Positions 34,831 through 37,890 of a stretch of 37,890 bases of DNA are shown piece by piece. Position 1 is the first letter of the stretch, and each line of letters starts with the position of its first letter. The translations under genes were made by a program, and so were the position numbers. The DNA comes from Octopus bimaculoides. Taxonomy: Eukaryota. Below the pieces are notes generated by a model, which worked only from the letters and a program-made list of their open reading frames with translations, ran no database searches and was not told the DNA's origin. The stretch spans positions 138,611,884 to 138,649,773 of the forward strand of contig NC_068984.1 in assembly GCF_001194135.2 (NCBI RefSeq). Direction: 5' to 3'.

Positions 34831-35032
34831 CCCTTCGCCCGAAATTAAACATGCAAATCACACCAATCGTACCAATTTGAAGCAGCAGCTTATGAAACAA
34901 CAAGTTGCTGAACAAGAACGTAAAGAATCCTTTTCTCCAGAATCTATGAAAATATACATTGACCCATCAGATTCGATTAATGTTCCCGAGCCCAAAAATG
35001 TCGGCAAAGAAGTACCTCCGCAAGTTCTTCAG
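34831..35032 (+). CDS. MITF: MiT/TFE-family transcription factor, coding exon 2 (equivalent to MITF exon 1B1b; MITF/TFEB/TFEC/TFE3 N-terminal domain)
   Basis: Polypyrimidine tract and acceptor (tttcattttcctataatttcag|c), 1 nt + 67 open codons, donor CAG|GTATGA at 35033. The phase matches exon 1. Translation (S)PSPEIKHANHTNRTNLKQQLMKQQVAEQERKESFSPESMKIYIDPSDSINVPEPKNVGKEVPPQVLQ resembles MITF SRILLRQQLMREQMQEQERRE...AINVS...QVPMEVLK. Confidence 0.93.
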
Positions 35033-35181
35033 GTATGATTCATATTTTTTTCCTCCCAAATATCAATGTTGTTTCTATTTGCTTTCAGCAACAAAGGCAG
35101 CAAAAGATGGATGAATTACAATGAAGAGCATGTAACTGCAATAATAGCTAAGAAAGAATGTGCAGATTAAATGCTAGAATC

Positions 35182-35665
35182 AAATTCGACCCTTCATTGG
35201 ACTCTAAACTCTGCTTGCGAAGACTTGTTGGGGCAAGTGAAATCGAAATTGAAATCGTAATAGAACCATATTCGTTGACTGGCAGCTGTGCCAATGGAGC
35301 ACTAACAGCACCGTCCGAACGTGGTCATTGCCAGAGCAGCTGTCTGGCTTCCATGCCATTGGCACGTAAATAGCACCATTTGAGCATAATCGTTCCAAGC
35401 GTCGCCTTACTGGCTCCTGTGCAGGTGGCGCGTAAAAAAGCACTATTTGAGTGTGGCTGTTGCCAGTACCGCTGGACTGGCCCTCGTGTCGGTGGCACAT
35501 AAAAAACACCCACTACACTCTTGGAGTGGTTGGCGTTAGGAAGGGCATCCAGCTGTAGAAACTCTGCCAGATCAGATTGGAGTCTGGTGTAGCCATCTGG
35601 TTCACCAGTCCCCAGTCAAATCGTCCAACCCATGCTACCATGGAAAGCGGATGTTAAATGATGAT
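35182..35665 (+). mobile_element. RTE LINE 3'-UTR fragment, sense to the gene, about 150 bp after exon 2
   Basis: Reverse complement of the 9498 and 12858 copies, ending ggaaagcggatgttaaatgatgat. Confidence 0.75.
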
Positions 35666-35957
35666 ACCGGGGTTAATGTAATTGACTTACTCAGCTCGGT
35701 GCAAATTTACTGCCAGCCTTTTATTGGGATTTCAGGTAGAAAATATAATTTTCTTTCCCCACATCCTCTTTCATTCTTACTCACTCTCTCATTCTCTTTC
35801 GTCATGTGTGTGTGTGTGTATATATACATACATACATATATATATACACGCACACATGTATATATATGTATATATGTTTGCTTATATACATGCATGTATA
35901 TATATATATATATATATGCTTGTATATAAGTATGTATATATATATGTGCTTGTATGT

Positions 35958-35995
<38 letters not shown>

Positions 35996-37624
35996 TTGTA
36001 TATATGTATACACATGTATGTATATGTATGTATATATATATTTGTATATATGTATATNNNNNNNNNNNNNNNNNNNNNNNNNNNNNNNNNNNNNNNNNNN
36101 NNNNNNNNNNNNNNNNNNNNNNNNNNNNNNNNNNNNNNNNNNNNNNNNNNNNNNNNNNNNNNNNNNNNNNNNNNNNNNNNNNNNNNNNNNNNNNNNNNNN
36201 NNNNNNNNNNNNNNNNNNNNNNNNNNNNNNNNNNNNNNNNNNNNNNNNNNNNNNNNNNNNNNNNNNNNNNNNNNNNNNNNNNNNNNNNNNNNNNNNNNNN
36301 NNNNNNNNNNNNNNNNNNNNNNNNNNNNNNNNNNNNNNNNNNNNNNNNNNNNNNNNNNNNNNNNNNNNNNNNNNNNNNNNNNNNNNNNNNNNNNNNNNNN
36401 NNNNNNNNNNNNNNNNNNNNNNNNNNNNNNNNNNNNNNNNNNNNNNNNNNNNNNNNNNNNNNNNNNNNNNNNNNNNNNNNNNNNNNNNNNNNNNNNNNNN
36501 NNNNNNNNNNNNNNNNNNNNNNNNNNNNNNNNNNNNNNNNNNNNNNNNNNNNNNNNNNNNNNNNNNNNNNNNNNNNNNNNNNNNNNNNNNNNNNNNNNNN
36601 NNNNNNNNNNNNNNNNNNNNNNNNNNNNNNNNNNNNNNNNNNNNNNNNNNNNNNNNNNNNNNNNNNNNNNNNNNNNNNNNNNNNNNNNNNNNNNNNNNNN
36701 NNNNNNNNNNNNNNNNNNNNNNNNNNNNNNNNNNNNNNNNNNNNNNNNNNNNNNNNNNNNNNNNNNNNNNNNNNNNNNNNNNNNNNNNNNNNNNNNNNNN
36801 NNNNNNNNNNNNNNNNNNNNNNNNNNNNNNNNNNNNNNNNNNNNNNNNNGTGAGTGTTAGGTACGTGTGTGTGTGTTTATGTGTGTTTCCGTGTGCGCGT
36901 GTGTGTATATTTTTTGTGCGTGCGTGTATGTGTATATTGTGTATGTTTTTGTGCGTGCGTGTGTGTTATGTATGTGAGTGAGTATTGTGTATGTGAGAGG
37001 TGTGTGTGTATGTGTGCATGTGTGTGTATGTGTGTTGTGTGTGTATGTGTGTGTGTGTGGTTTTATGTATGTGAGGGGTGTGTATGTGTGTGTTTATGTG
37101 TGTGCGTGCATATGTGTGCCAGGTATGTGTGTTATTTTGTGTGTGCACTCCTGTGTGTATGTGTGTGCATGTGTATGTAGGCGTGCGCGTATATATGTGT
37201 GTGTGTATATATGTGCGTTCGATATATATGCTTATATATACATATATGTATATATGTATAGCTACATACATATGTTTACATAAATCAATTTTTCCATTTC
37301 AAAAGTTTCTATTTTCAACACCCATCTATTAACTACAAAAAGATGACTTCTAAAAAAATCTCACCACATGGTCAATTTAGATGGCTAATGGACCGCAAAA
37401 TATATTTTAAGGTTCAATAACTTCTTGAATTTAACAACACCAACTCACAACTAGTATAATTCAAATTGAAACAAAGTCAACTAACATATGATCAGCTACA
37501 GACAGATGTTGACTATCAACAAATGGGACACAACAATCACATTGATTTGCTTCTAAATAACCTAATGCCATTATCTTTTATTTTTGTCTTTCTAGTTATC
37601 TATAATCTTTGTTTGTTCATATAT

Positions 37625-37749
37625 TTCCTAATGTTTCTATCTGTGTCTTTCTGTCTGTTTGTCTGTCTGTCTGCCTCTGTCTACCAGCCTTTCCTTCTGT
37701 CTGTCTTTCTGTCTATCTGTCTATGTATGTATGTATCTATCTATCTATC

Positions 37750-37794
<45 letters not shown>

Positions 37795-37890
37795 TTATTT
37801 ATCTGTCTATCTATCTATTTATTTATCTGTCTATCTATCTATTTATTTATCTGTCTATCTATCTATTTATTTATCTGTCTATCTATCTAT
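37625..37890. repeat. (TCTG)n/(TATC)n microsatellite grading into a 24-28 bp higher-order unit
   Basis: atctatctatttatttatctgtct repeats about 4 times at the window end. Confidence 0.9.

Noticed and set aside
35158-35513. ORFs 35158-35373, 35204-35509 and 35325-35513 near exon 2
   Set aside because: They lie inside the RTE 3'-UTR repeat, as do the similar ORFs at 9560-9904.
1497-36981. Long ORFs of 200-392 aa in the track
   Set aside because: They run through N gaps or (TA)/(TG)/(CA) repeats and give X runs or YIYI/CVCV/HTHT peptides. They are not genes.
35033-37890. Search for MITF exon 3 (V-x-T-x-LENPT) and the bHLH-Zip
   Set aside because: No such frame was seen in called bases. It may lie in the gap at 36058-36849 or beyond the window.

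Overview
Eukaryotic genomic DNA. It is AT-rich, dense in microsatellites and has nine N gaps (about 4.15 kb). The repeat content looks like an octopod cephalopod (Octopus-like) assembly, which is an inference. The only host gene I can support is the 5' part of a MiT/TFE-family bHLH-Zip transcription factor (MITF/TFE3/TFEB-like) on the + strand. Coding exon 1 (2650-2768) reads MDTFSGDSSFREMQDSGIDDIWEILQDDFYELKSKVVVG. After a phase-2 intron of about 32 kb, exon 2 (34831-35032) reads SPSPEIKHANHTNRTNLKQQLMKQQVAEQERKE...EVPPQVLQ. Exon 1 carries a DSGIDD beta-TrCP-type degron and the FYELKS motif of MITF-A/TFE3, and exon 2 carries the Rag-GTPase-binding motif. The next exon (expected V-x-T-x-LENPT) and the bHLH-Zip are not in the called sequence. 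The intron is filled with tRNA-derived SINEs, 3' fragments of RTE-clade LINEs, Tc1/mariner-, hAT- and foldback-type MITEs, and simple repeats. Most long ORFs in the track are artefacts of N runs or microsatellites. The most interesting leads are the conserved nutrient-sensing N-terminus, candidate truncating splice events, a SINE-borne M-box inside the gene's own intron, a visible CpG-depletion boundary, and many inverted repeats that could form dsRNA. Repeat ends are approximate, and family labels A-D are my own working names.
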